The notes under the pieces were generated by a model. It was not told the origin of the DNA and searched no databases. It saw nothing but the letters and a program-made list of their open reading frames with translations. A stretch of DNA of 64,000 bases from Marsupella aquatica. Its lineage: Eukaryota > Plantae > Marchantiophyta. Location: positions 1,114,435 through 1,178,434 of the forward strand of contig OZ316895.1 in the NCBI GenBank assembly GCA_973895155.1, given 5' to 3'. A program made the translations under genes and the position numbers. The first letter of the stretch is position 1, and the number at the start of each line of letters is the position of its first letter. Positions 23,560 to 36,803 of the stretch are shown here, one piece after another.

Positions 23560-24913
23560 TCTTACTACTATAATACCCTATCCCACCAAAAGTGGTGGGT
23601 GGTCCTTTTACAAAATCACTTTTGGAGGGAACATTCTATGACCATTGGATTTATAAACTCTTTTATCCTAACCTTTCATTAGTAAAACAACAATCTCTTT
23701 AACCCAACCATACCAACCCAACCATACAAGACAAAGTATTTTGATATGCACAAAGATTCTCTAAGAGGAGAATGATTGCATACACCCTATGTGAGTGCCA
23801 TGTGTTGCCATTGGAATGGGACACTTGGGACACCATTATGAGGGGATAGGGACTAGGAGATATAGAGTTCAAAGTAGGGAAGGGAATTAATGATGCACCC
23901 ATGGGTGAAGGGATGAATAGTATCATATCCTCCCATAAGTACAAGATAGGGGATGAGACAAATGGGAGCCAAGGAAGGTGAAAATAAAGAAAATAACAAT
24001 AAGGCAATAAGAGGGAAAAAGAGGAGACAATGGATGCCCTTTTTTTTTAGGGGGGGGGGGATGTCACCCCTCCACCTAGGGTTGTGTGAATGTGCCTGCT
24101 TATATTGTCAGCACCTATCCGGGCACCTATCTCCTGCAACAATATTTTTTTGACATGGACACCTATTATGCAATGACAACTTTCACGCAATGTACAAGTA
24201 TTGAACACAACCACCACAACTGCATGGTTAGGATCACACATAACATGTCTCAATAATAACATTACAAAACCTATATTTTCTTGCCTTGTCTTGACATATT
24301 TTTCTCATCTTGCCATATTTTTCTCACCTTGAAATCCTTTCCTAACCTCAACATTGTTTTCTTGCCTTGACATCCTTTAATCAACTCAACATCTTTTTCT
24401 CAGCTTGACATCTTTTCTCCCCTCCATTATATCGTTTCTCCCTCAACTTCTTTTGCAGTCCTCAACATTATGTTCTCTCCTAGACAGTTTTTCTCACCTC
24501 AATATTTTATATTTTATCGATTCACCATCTTTTATCTCATCTTGCCATTTTTCACCTTGATATCTTTATTTCATCAGAACATCTTTTTCCCTCCTTGATA
24601 TCTTTCCTCACCTCAACATCTTTTCTCACCTTGCCATTTTTTTTCTCTCCTTGACATCTTTTCTCATCTCTACTTCTTTTATCTCATCTCGACGTCTTTT
24701 TATCACCTTGACATCCTTATTTCATCACAATACCTTTTTCTCTCCTCGGTATATTGTCCTCAACTTAACTTTTTTTTCACTTTGCCATCTTTTGTCTCCT
24801 TGACATGTTTTCTCACCTCAATTTCTTTTCCTCACCTCAATGTCTTTTTCACTTCAAGATTTTTTCTTCACCTTGACATCTTTTGTGCAACGCATAGGCA
24901 TGGCCAGGGCTAG
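23560..24913 (+). mobile_element. Probable non-autonomous Helitron carrying a pyrimidine-rich minisatellite
   Basis: 5' end A|TCTTACTACTATAA at 23560. 3' end GTGCAACGCATAGGCATGGCCAGGGCTAG|T at 24913, a degenerate GTGC-AAC-GCA(C) hairpin followed by CTAG. The insertion lies between A and T with no TSD. An internal array of ttttctcaccttgacatc-like units spans ~24275-24882. Confidence 0.55.
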
Positions 24914-27354
24914 TGACTCATAAATTGGACATTATAGGGCAAATGAGAAGGATTTGGCATCAATTTCTATTTGAAATTTACTGTTCCTAGTTATTCTGCT
25001 CAGGACAAATTTAACTGTTTTTTTTTCTTTTTGAACAAGGTGAAGGAGAAGATGTTAAAAAATTCTTTATCTGGCTATCCTGAATTAATTTCTTATCATT
25101 AGATGTTTCTAGATTTAGAGGTAAGACCCTTGCTAATCAGTCTATGGCTGGGTGGGACATGCCAGATTCTGGCTAGCCAGGTGGAATCCGGCTAATTTGA
25201 GACCAAAAACCTTGTGGATTCTCGCCAAAAGTAGAACTAAAAGATGTTGAATGGGCTGTGCCCGTGGATGGTACCACCTTAGAAGTCGTGGGGCACATGA
25301 CCTGGGTAGCAGATGCAGGCAATAGATATTTCCTTCAGTAACGGGAATCACACTAAATATTGTTCGTTACGCAGGCGGTGGCTGCTGGGAGCCGGTTGGT
25401 GTAGGTTAGCTGCCCGCAGAATGAAGATAAATATGTCAGAAGAACCAACACTATCATCCAGCAGGCCATGCCTGAGCTGGAGGTAGAGTGCAAGAGGGGT
25501 GAAAGAAGTTCTGGGTTCAAATCTTGCATGCACCACGTCCCTTTTCTAACACGCATCCCTCCAAAAGTGGGGTTCAGATTTCTCTAGTGATGCCAGTATT
25601 TTTTATAATATTTCACAGCAGAGTTAATACACATACTCCCCCAAAAGTGGGGTTCACTAGGAGCTAGTGACACTAGAATTTTTTCATTTAAGAAAAAAAC
25701 GGGTTGTACAGCAGTTTCTGGTCAATGTTCACTTAATTAGGTACAAGACAACATTAAATGCAAAACACTTGAATGACTCCTAGAATTGAATCAATAGAAT
25801 CTTGAGTTTGGGCAATACAAGCATGATTGAGTTGATCGACAGTGCCATATTAAAAGCACTCCTGTGCAATGTCTCCCTCAATAAATCCGGACTGTGTTGA
25901 CAGCTGACTTCCTAATACCTACTGGCCTCAAGCAGACTTGTGATTACTAGGTAATTAGGTCACCTACGAGCCCCAATTTCCATTTGCCTGTGACTCGAAG
26001 AACAATTGGGTAGGTAGGTACAGCTGGGAATGTGATTGCAGTTAGGGCCGGGGTCCATAATCCATTCTGGACTCATGGGTAACAGTTGTAGACTTGTAGT
26101 ACTAAAGAATCGACAGAACCAGCACAACACATGAACATGATAATTATCCAGGACACCATGCATACGTGCACATCATAAAATGTCGTTCTGTGGATAAGTG
26201 GAGGTTGGACCTGATTGTCTTCCCTCAAAATCTGGGGTGTTTCCTAAAAATGCAAAATTTTCAAGTGCATTTTGGCTTTCAAATTTGACAAATGAATAAG
26301 TGTATTCCTCAAATATGTACATTCATTTTCCTGCAGTTGACAACAAACAGTGTCTATGCATCTACTATTTGATACAAATGACATTCTCAAGCCTCTGGTA
26401 CTTGGCTTCCTGCACCCTCTATCCACCCACTGTCTGCACTCAGTCATTGTCTCCAAAAGTTTCCAAGTCTAACTAGGTGATGAATGAACCCCATTGGGTG
26501 GCACTGGGTGGGATGATTGTTAAAAGGGAAGCTGCACCAGGAGAATTGAAGCCGGAGATCTACCTTGCCCTGCTGACCTGCTCGACCACTCAGCATGGGG
26601 TTTGCTGACCACCTCTCTGCCTCGAGCCTAGTACTTAAACTTAATACTGGAGTCAGACACAAGCTAATTGGTTTTTAATATTAGCCTTGAGATTTATTTA
26701 TCTTTTAACCTAAGTAAATCATTTACATTTAGTAGGTTCATTCACTTATATACCCTAATTGAGTCATGCTGTATATACAAAGGCTACGAGTATATATGAG
26801 AAGACAAATGTGTGCAACCTAACAACACATATGGAAAGTGCACATGCTATTTCCCATGCAGTTATTGGAGAGTGCATACCATTCACATATCAAGAAGTGC
26901 ATGAGAGAAAGTCCATGCATTGTTGTCTAGTGCATACGGGATGTCATGATGGACCAATCTTGTGACTACTCTTTAGCCAAGTAATCAAAGATTGCAAGGT
27001 TATCAGCATTCTAGGGAAGTTGGTATAAAGGCATAGTTACCCCAACCATCATTTAAAGATGAGTAGTGCATTCACCTGGTCATATCACTAGAAGGCATGC
27101 AAATATCATGTCATGACACTTTAAGGTCAAGGACCTTTTATACCTTGACGGGATTCTTGACTGGACCAGGGGTGGCATGATTCAGGTGTTACTCATCCTC
27201 CACCTCTGGACTGTCATTGCACCTTCGTCCGTACGTAAGCATGAAGCTCACCTGGACTCGCACATATCCAAGATTGGTGTGCATCATGTGCAGACCTATG
27301 GCATGGGCCGTTCAAGCCAAAACTGGCCTGCACCTGGACCACTGAGTTTGGGTA

Positions 27355-27710
27355 TGTTGAGCATAGACAACAATCGCAATGGCAAGCCCATGAACCATCC
27401 AATGCAATGCACAAGTATCGACACCGAGAGATGTATACGTGGTTCACCTCCACTTGAGGTTACGTTCACGGGAACACACAAGAACTTTACTGCACTCTAG
27501 GCCGACCAGCCATACCAAACATCCATAACACAAGCTCTCCTTATCTCTAAACTCTGGCTCCGTAACAATGAGCCTGAGTTCCTAGTCTCCAAGCAAACAC
27601 TGCTTGGGTATAGTGTGTATGCAATATGACTAACCTAACCTAGTTTGCAACTAAGGTTAGCTCTAATTGTGGTTTAGTCGTAACTCTAGACCTAAGAGTA
27701 AATCCTAATA
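27355..27710. mobile_element. Solo LTR of an LTR retrotransposon (Copia-like)
   Basis: Begins TGTTGAGCATAGAC and ends AATCCTAATA (CA decayed to TA). A perfect 5-bp TSD GGGTA flanks it (27350-54, 27711-15). It is homologous to 52693-54124. Confidence 0.8.
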
Positions 27711-30700
27711 GGGTAGTTAACAAGACATAACTTTTGGTCTCAAACTTTGTTCAGAGTCACTCGGATAATGTTGCAACAAATTTTCCAATATGTGATATGT
27801 ACATCTCAGGGCAGGTCCAACAAACCTGATTAAGTGCCAACCTGCATGTTACTTAGGGGCCCTACATTTTTTGGTCCTCAAATTCACTCACAATAGAATA
27901 TTAAAAAGCTAGAGAATAATGCCTTAACCCCCTCCTGTGCTCGACCTGACCGCAAAAAAATAGGAGTTACAAGGGCAAAGGTTGGAAACTTTCTGGCACT
28001 TGAGGTCCTGACCTCAAACTCCAGCCTAAAACACAAGCACAAATAGGACACATGTAGTGAAACTCTGCCATTGCAAGCTTTCCCGCACTCCAGACAACAA
28101 ATACTATTATCAAATTATATCTTTTTCCCTCACATTTCACCAATGCTCAGGGCAGTATAATTGTTGAGGACCTTCACATGCGAGTTAGCTCTAAGCCCTT
28201 TGGTCAATCCAGCCCTAGACTAGCTTAATCAGGCAAACTTATACAGGACTCATGCAAGGCCAAGTAGTCTGGGGATGGCAGGTCCTCGTTCATTGGAGGC
28301 TTGTGAAATGTCCCTCTTCATTAGAATCGTTCGATCAGCTCAGCCAAGCCAAACCTTTTCAGATGAAAGCTCGGTTCCACCAAACCATGAGAAATATGGA
28401 TTATTTTCAGGTGAAAAGAAAGCTTGGTTCGACTCCCGGTTCCACTAAACCATGAGACTTATGGACTATTTTCAGTTGAAAATTCCCGGGGAACATGCCA
28501 TCAAGTGACGGAAGCACGTACATTTCCACCAAGAAACGTTCATGATTATGTCTGCTCACTCAATCATAGTACGGTACTGATCGATTGATTCGCTAGCTTG
28601 CACTCTTGAGACTGTGAAGGGCTGAGGTTAAACTGAATGAAGTCCGTTAACCACACTGCTTCAATCTGCACGAGAAAGCCCGAGTCTGCTTGCTGTCTGG
28701 TGTCTGCCACTACAGGAACAGCTCAGAGGTCTTACGTTGCATGTTCCAAAACAAGTGCAGCGATGGAGACAACGTACTTGGGCTGCCTTGCGGAGAAACT
28801 ACAAATGACAGACGCTCAGGCCTTGACGAATAAATGATACATGAAATTGTCATAGACTAATTAGCTCGGTCCGCACTGCTGGATCACTAGCTAATTATTC
28901 CAGATCTGTCGATCTTGCTTTGTTTGCTGTCTGTAGTTTGCCCTTCAGGTACAATCATGCATTTCCCTCGATCTGTTTGACCAGTCGATTTCCTGACTAT
29001 AAATACTTACGCGTTTAAACTCTTCACTCTTGATGGCTTGAAGCTGGACTCCTATTTGGGTGGACCAAGTGGGCTACGATTGAGAACTTCTTTTTGTGAA
29101 GAACATCAAGATTTGAACAACGCGGCGAAGCATGTAGATGCAGAACATGCAGAACAGTCGTATGACGAGGTTCCGGCCACCTTGCGATGCAGAATATCTC
29201 ATAAGTTAATAATGCCGGCAGGTCAATTCAAGAAACAGATCAGTGAGTGAAAACTAATGTGACCTCAAATCAAGGGAGGAAAGGTGCATGAAGTCAAAGG
29301 TCAGAAAAGCTCAAGCAGGGACGATTTAAAGACGGACGAGACATTAAAGCGTTTGTCCGTGATTAGTACGGATCTCTGGATGCTCTGCTTGGGCCGGATC
29401 GAAGAAGGGGGGCCTTCATTCGTCATCGACTCATCGTTATAAAGTTTGATGTCTAAGTCAAAAAATTGAAGATGTAGAGATTTTTTATTCAGTGGTGGGG
29501 TTGGTCAGAGGCGCGCGAAAGCACTAAGTCCGGGCAGATATTTTCTCCCTTTGCCGAGCTGTGGAAGTGGCGTGGGAAATTGGGAACGGATGGAGATGGT
29601 CGGCGGGGGGTGGTACGAGTCAGGGAGGTGGGCAAAATAATCTTTAACCGCAAGAGCTTTCTCCGCTGCAAACGGCGCGAGGTCCCACCATTATCATCAC
29701 TGCAGCTGGCTACGTCGGCAACTTAATCTTTGCTCCCAAGGAAGCTGAATTGCTCAACTCCTTCACTCGACTCCCCTACACACTTGTTGGTCCTCGCAAC
29801 TTCTCAACAAAGGAAAAACGTAATCTTCCTGCGCAAATCAATTTCTTTATTCATTTCTCGAACAGTAAGTAGTCTTTACTCGAAGAAAATGAAAGCAAGG
29901 TACAGACTAGTGTGGGAACGGTGGCGTCGTGGCGAGTCACTCCGGCGAAGAGCTACTCGATTATCTCGCTCAATGCCCGAGAGGCAATGCCCATTCCCTG
30001 CATGGCGATCGAGCCCGATCTGGACGAATACGACGATCTGGCAGCAGCATGCAACACCAACCTTGGAATTGGATTCAGCTCTTTCAGACCATCATCGTGC
30101 ATCGGCACCGTGTTTTTAATATGAAATCATTGTTTTCATGGTCGTCCGCGCTGTCAGGCATGATTTGTACTTCGGAATCCACCGCCGGTATGCCGCAGTC
30201 CTTCTTCGCCGGCTTTAGAGAGTTGTTAGCCGTCTTGATTTTCCTTCCGGAGCGTTTTGAGTTGTCCTGCGTTGGTCGGGCTTGCCCCATGCTTGTTGCT
30301 TCCATTCTCAGGTTCGTGGTTTTTCCTCGTCCAAGGCCCTGCAATTCGATTGCGCAGCTTACGCTCTTGGGGCGAGGTTCCCTGCCACATCTTTTGCCCA
30401 AAAGAAAGCAGGAAGGGGCGGGCATAATATTTTCACACGATAGCCCCTATTCGAATCATAGATGGTACTGCGACTTGACCAAAAAGCTGAAGTCAAGTGA
30501 ATTGACCCGATTCGATACGGCCCACCTTGGCATCCGCTGAAGATCTGTTCGTACTACAAGAGAGAATGAATGAATCGGTCAGTCCCCATTGGAGCCCGCG
30601 AGCTGGGTATGATGCTATGATGTAGCTTGCCAGGAGCCAGTCCTTTCTTCTTTGTGCGTGCACAGAATCATGCAGGCGGCCAACAAGACCCAAGGACCGC

Positions 30701-31652
30701 TGAGGTGTTGTGTCTCTCTGCGTGTACGTCGTGCATGATCCGACTGGTCTTGCCTGGTATACTTCTGGCCACAATCATAACAAAACCCTTTAATTTAATG
30801 TTCTTCAATTTTGTTCTTTTTGTAAATTTGCAACTACTATAGTAGCCCATGATGCCCGAATAGACCCTTAGGTTTGTCAAAATGCTCCCATGTATTTTTG
30901 CAACGACCCTATTGTACTCACAATGCGACGGAGATTATTCTCAATAAGTACATCCCAATTCAATGGTCGTCCATGGGAGTATCATTTTCCTATTACCCCT
31001 TTCTTGATTCTAAATAGATATGAATCATTTTCAGATTACCCTTTTCTAGCTTGATAGTAAATAAATACGAAGAAAAATAATTTTACATAATAAAATTTCT
31101 ATGTTATTTAGTTAATCTTTGTCTTTTCTCTTATTTCAGTTTTGTCTTTATTTGAAATCAATATTATTTTTGTCTATCCTCATTTAAAGTATTTTTGATT
31201 AAGATTCATGAATCATGATCACTTTTGTAAGGGATATGGTCTAGAGGCTTCAGTCTAGACCCTAATCTGTGAACAGTAGGCTCCAGTTTGCGCTTTACTA
31301 GTAAGATGGAGAAAGATTTAGATAGGTACACTATGCATCTCATATTAATCTCCTGTTACCATAACATTTCCAGAACATTATGGCAATAATATCCCCTTGA
31401 ATGTTTTATCTATATTTTCTAAAACTCAAAAATCTCGCAGACCTTTAAGCTTGTTAACATTGTGTTATCAATCATTGTGGGCAATAAGAGCCTCTCAAAA
31501 CCAGACCTAAAGCACACACTTTTGGGGCCACAATGCCAAGACATTACTATACTCCAAATTAGACCCACCAGCAAGAGAGATTTTGATGAATGCCTTAAGA
31601 GCTCTATTGTAAGTTTTTATTTTTGTACTCGGAGTGCATTGTGTTCCTTTTT

Positions 31653-31778
31653 TTTTTGGAGGCTGCTATATTGAGGCTGCTGTATGACAAAACATAGTCT
31701 GGCTACCTTGTCTTATTCAAACTGTTTGAAATGTATTTTTATATAAATTTAGTTTATTCTCTGCTTCTCACATGCATT
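31653..31778. repeat. Dispersed repeat fragment, inverted copy at 52471-52586
   Basis: ttttggaggctgctatattg...aacatagtctggcta.cttgtctt.ttcaaa...tttagtttattct..g.ttctcacatgcatt matches the reverse complement of 52471-52586. Confidence 0.7.
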
Positions 31779-34026
31779 AACTTTAGTAATATCTTGGCGT
31801 GGTGCCCCAAAAAGTCTGGGGCTGATCACAAATTCTGAAGGGGTGCTCAATGTTCAGTGATTTCAAATTTAGCATTTTACTTGCTCAAGCATTAAACTTA
31901 TAATAACTTTACAGATAATGAAATTGAACATTTATTTATTTGGCATAAGAGAACACACATCAAAACTTTACTTGCAAAAGTTATTTTTTTGGAAGTTGTC
32001 GGGTGGAGAAGTCAGGAAGAAACTTAATCAAACTCATCATTAAGAGTACTCTATTACAACCTACTCACCACCCATAGCAGTTTGTGAATGAACATTTGAT
32101 CACTTTGGGGTTCCTTGTCACCTCCTACTCCCACTTCTCTTTCTTAATTCTTTCCGTAGTTTTTGGAGGTTTGCACGTTTGACGTGAGTGTTGTTCCTCT
32201 CGACCTGTTTTGCTTCTAGTCTATTGTGATTGTTTGGGCCTTTCCAATAAAATTGGTCTTTCTTGTATTTTCTTGTATTTTCTTGTACCCTCATTTACTG
32301 GAGGCTCTTGGGAATACATTAACTTCGAGTGGTACACAATTGTTTTCATTTCCTATCCCCATTTCTTTATTAGAAGCTTGTGGTACACAAAGACAGTGGG
32401 ACACAAAGGAGTGGAGTGGGACACAAAGGCAGTGGTCACACAAACTACTGTAGCTGAAAATGATTGGTTAGACTAGCACATTGGCAAATGGAATATATGC
32501 TTTTCCTAGGCGAAGCGGAAATTCTACTTTTGCTTCGCTCCGAGCTGGGCTCTCTAATGTCCAGCCTCATTTTCAGTTGAGTAAAGTATCGAAACATTTC
32601 AAGCGCAGGATTGCAGAAAGGCCCTGCCAAGGATGATTTGTGCAATTTCCTAGATTTTGCTGTTGTTCTTGGGGGCTACGCTTGCCAGCCAGCCAGCGCG
32701 CTTGCGGAAATCGCCGCAGCCCACTGAGCCGAAGTGCGATGTCCAAACCCCAGAGAATTCCTCTCCGGCGTGCCTGCTGCTCCTCCGCTTTCCTCTCGTC
32801 TCTCGCTGCTGAGATTCAGAGTGAGAGTGGCGAGAATGATCTCAAAGGGCAGCGACAATAGTGGAGTAGGCACCCTTTGAGACCTTCGTCGTCACTTTCG
32901 CACGAACGCATCGTCTCTTGTTGAGGGAGGGTCGGAGGGAGGGAGGTAGGGAGGTAGGGAGGAGTAAGTTCGGGCCGTCGCGGTCGAAGCTGGGGAGGGA
33001 ACGCGATTCCACGAAGTGCTGTAACGGAGTCAGCCTACTCGTCGGCAAGTACTGTGAACTCGCACCAAACAAGATCCTTCCGGCGCTCTGGAGCTCCCTG
33101 TGCTTGGTGCGGGAAGAATCCGCGCATGCAGGCCGAAAAGGCCCGTAGCAGAAACTGGAGTATGTGCAAGCGATCGCTCCAACAGCTTCTGGGTATTTTT
33201 AGACATTTTAGGCTGTTGGAGAGGTCGGTTCGGTCTACTTTCCAAGACCCTCTCAATTCAAGACCCTCGTCGAACGAATACCGTACCAGGCAGCGGACTG
33301 TGGCTGTTGCGCTCATTGCGCCGCATCCTTTGTCAGCAACGGCACGACGACGAGCTGTGAGCTCGTAGTAGTGTAGTTGGAGGCGCTTCGACTTGGGTGC
33401 TGCATCGTCTGAGAGATTTTAGTTCGACGAACTTCGTCGAGCGACTAGTGTTCCAATCCTCCCTGGCAGATTCTTACGAGAGTGGGTCGTCGAGGTCTAA
33501 CCAGTCGGACTACGTATGAAGACAGAGCACAGCTGCGCGTGTATGTCATGATTTGTCACAGATCGATGTTTGATCAGAGTGCTGTGACGTTCGAATTCTG
33601 AGAACATAATGAAGGTAAAATCTCGATTTTTCTCATCTAGCCACTCATAGGTGGAATTTGCAAGAGATCAGGCGCATGATGCGTTGGTGTTCGACTCACG
33701 TACAGAGGTTCAACTCCATCAGTGAATTCAGTGAATTCTGGATGTACAGGACTCTTGTAAACGTTTTGCATGGAGTACCAGATCAAGCATGGGCCGTGAT
33801 GCGTTCTGTTCAATCTGCTCGTACCGTCACTTAATTGTCCGCTGTTCAATTATCTCGCTTTTCCAACATGCTTGCTTATATGTTGGCAAGGGCTCGTAGG
33901 AGACTTCCCCGTGTTCTTGGACCAGAGCTCGACTCGGATACTGGGGGGATTCAGGTTTTTCGAGCATCATGAACAACAAGTCTCCTTGATTATCCGTAGT
34001 TTGATTTTTTTCCCCTGCATCCGCGT

Positions 34027-35589
34027 ATGCAGCAAGCAGCCACGACAGTCGCAGTGGACGCGGTTGCTGCCATGAAGCAGAAGACGAATATGCATATGCT
34101 TACTAGCTCTTACGGTGGAAACGGTGGAGGAGTGCTCGGAGGAGGCAAGACTACCACCTTCCAATTCTGGAGATGGGCGGTTCTTCTGATGATCATTGGG
34201 TCGACACTGGCTGCTGCAATGTGGGCTCTTCTTGCCGGTGTGGGTGACTTCATCAGACTCCAGCAGGGCTCTTTTTTCTTCTCTGGAGGCGGCCTGGGTG
34301 GCCGAGTGGTGGCGTACAGTGAGATGGAGGATTCTGAATGCATCGGCAAGCGTGTATACATGTATGATCTACCTCCTCAATTCAACAGTGGTGTACTCGA
34401 CACGCTTTGCTTGCACAAGTACTGGTGGTTGCAAATGTGCGAGTCGTATAACAACTCAGGTTTTGGATTGAAGATGGAGGGTATTATGGAGCCCGTTGAA
34501 GCATGGTATAGAACCGATCAGTTCGCTCTGGAAGTGATAATTCATGAGAGGTTTAAAACATACAAATGCCTCACGAATAACCCGGACATGGCTGACCTCT
34601 TCTTCCTCCCTTACTACGTGGGCTTGGATTTGTCAGTGAACATATTCGCCGGCGAGGTTCAGATGAATGATTTACTCCTCGAGCGGTTCCTGGGTTGGCT
34701 TCTCGCACAGTCTACCTTCATGCAACATCAAGGGAACAACCATTTCATGGCTCTGAGTCGCATCATTTGGGATTTTACGAGGGTTGTGGAGCACCATGGC
34801 TGGGGAAATTCTTTGCTGAATAAGTATGAGCTACAGAATGTTACCAAACTTATGATCGAGCGAGATTCGCGATCGACGGACTTTCGGAAGATGGCAATGC
34901 CGTATCCGACTTCTTTCCACCCGCGGTCGGATAAGGAGCTGCAGCTGTGGCTGAAGAAAGTCTCCGAAGCGAAGAGGGAAAAAATCGCCTCGTTTGCCGG
35001 GTCCCCTCGGAATGTCACTGAGCATCCCAATTTGGCTCTGAGGGACATCCTTTTCTCACAGTGTGCAGAGACTGAAAAGTGCGAAACTCTCCTCTGTAAT
35101 GACCATTATTGCCACAATAACCCAAATTTAATCACCAATTTATTCCTTTCTTCCAAGTTCTGCTTTCAGCCCCCTGGGGACTCCCCAACCAGGAAAGGCG
35201 TGTTCGATTGTCTTGTGGCTGGCTCCATTCCGGTCTTTTTCACCCCGGACACTGCCTACACACAATATCTTTGGCACTTGCCCGTGGACGGGTTGTCCTT
35301 CTCCGTCCTAATAGACGAAGTGGAGGTCCTTTCGACGAAGGAGAATTTGATTGAGATCTTGGAGCGAATTCCGGGAGAGAAAGTGACGCAGATGCAGGCA
35401 ATCATCCACGAGAAAATCATCCCAGCCATTGTTTACGACTTGCCTGATCGTGACCCTGACAAGAAGGTCAAGGACGCTTTAGACATCGCCCTCGAACATC
35501 TTTTCAATTCGAACTACCAGACGTTCCCATCTCCTATAGGTGATCTGCGTGCCCCATCAGGTTCTGTCAGGGACGGTGGTGAGGTGTAG
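34027..35589 (+). CDS. Exostosin-family glycosyltransferase (GT47), xyloglucan galactosyltransferase MUR3/KATAMARI1-like clade, 520 aa, intronless
   Basis: A single N-terminal TM helix (WAVLLMIIGSTLAAAMWALL) is followed by GT47 motifs: C.GKRVYMYDLPPQFN, NSGFG, WYRTDQFALEVIIHER, FFLPYYVGLD, HFMALSRIIWDF, MPYPTSFHP, SKFCFQPPGDSPTRKGVFDCLVAGSIPVFF and AYTQYLWHLP. The exact start Met is uncertain. Confidence 0.93.
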   Translation: MQQAATTVAVDAVAAMKQKTNMHMLTSSYGGNGGGVLGGGKTTTFQFWRWAVLLMIIGSTLAAAMWALLAGVGDFIRLQQGSFFFSGGGLGGRVVAYSEMEDSECIGKRVYMYDLPPQFNSGVLDTLCLHKYWWLQMCESYNNSGFGLKMEGIMEPVEAWYRTDQFALEVIIHERFKTYKCLTNNPDMADLFFLPYYVGLDLSVNIFAGEVQMNDLLLERFLGWLLAQSTFMQHQGNNHFMALSRIIWDFTRVVEHHGWGNSLLNKYELQNVTKLMIERDSRSTDFRKMAMPYPTSFHPRSDKELQLWLKKVSEAKREKIASFAGSPRNVTEHPNLALRDILFSQCAETEKCETLLCNDHYCHNNPNLITNLFLSSKFCFQPPGDSPTRKGVFDCLVAGSIPVFFTPDTAYTQYLWHLPVDGLSFSVLIDEVEVLSTKENLIEILERIPGEKVTQMQAIIHEKIIPAIVYDLPDRDPDKKVKDALDIALEHLFNSNYQTFPSPIGDLRAPSGSVRDGGEV

Positions 35590-36787
35590 CCTGAGTGTGT
35601 TTCCAGGCCCGACTTTCTGGTCGGTACCTCTAACACGCCTCCTTCGCTGGAGTCTGAGCGTTCAAGCGAGGGAAATACTGCAACGGTCATCTCCGGGTCT
35701 GCTGGCCCCGAGTTCTCTCTACTGTGTTTCAAGACGTACCAAAGGGAGACTAGATTGGGTTCTTCAGCTGCGAGTGTTGACTCCCACCATAACGTAGCGG
35801 CATGACCCGGTGAGCTAACTCGGCAATACTGAGGTGAGGTAGCAGTGAAACGGTATCCAGCAGAGAGCCCCGTAAGGCAGCATTGACACATCAATTCATG
35901 AACACTAGAAGTCAATCATGCCACTTTATAGTAGCTCTGTTTCCGTCTGGAGCTGCCGTCGACAGACCGCATACGCCGAAGCTTTTCGGTAACCAGCTGC
36001 AGATAAGTTAAACTGGCCTTTAACAAAGTAGTAATGCAGCATGAGGGATTTGGGTGGCCGGCAGTCGTGGTCACATTGAGGCAACGGTCTTTAGCCACGT
36101 CAAAGAAAGGCATTCGATTGACTCGGTTCGGAAACGTTCTGAAGAATAAAGACTCCATGTACTTGTCAGTCCAAGATTTCAGGCTGACAGGCTCTGATAG
36201 TAATATTGCCCCTCCCATCTTGCACGCATTTTGCAAGGGTCTTTTGCAACAACAGCTTGAAGGTCGTCGACCAATGACCATGATTCGTTTCCGATGTTCT
36301 GAAACAAGTCTCGTTCTTTTCTGACTTTTGAAAGTTGAAACGCATAGCGGTGTACACGTCCGGACTCCGGAGTTATGAATGTTGACCTTCGCGTTCGTTG
36401 ATTGACCACTTTCCTTACCGTACGGAGTTTTCTGGGGCCGTGCAGAATTAGATTTGTAGTGCTTGATAATTATGGTGATTTCTGACGAAAAAAGGGGATC
36501 GAGACGACCAGGTCTAGCGTCCGTTCATGATACACTTAGAGGGTCTGTTCATTGTCTCTCCATTCATTGTCTCTCCATCCAAAGCAAAATAAATGGTCAG
36601 TTTGTTATACAAAAGTTTAAAATGCTGACAAATAACTGGGTTGGGTTAATGCTTTTGGAGGTTTGGTTAATGCTTTTGCGTGATTGTGCCCCCAAGTTCA
36701 TGTAAATTGAAGTGTGGCTAGTTCACACATATGAATGGCTAGAATTGCATCTCTCACTTAGGAAAAACGGAATTGCTACCCTAGAGT

Positions 36788-36803
36788 TCTTGTAAAGCCA
36801 CCC
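36788..36803. repeat. Orphan TIR of the Tourist-like family
   Basis: TCTTGTAAAGCCACCC|TAA is the exact reverse complement of the 45563 TIR (GGGTGGCTTTACAAGA). Confidence 0.55.

Noticed and set aside
28426-28445. GGTTCGACTCCCGG tRNA T-arm-like motif
   Set aside because: No D-arm or acceptor stem; it lies within a short local duplication.
29929-30540. 203-aa ORF
   Set aside because: Non-ATG start and no recognisable domain; not called as a CDS.
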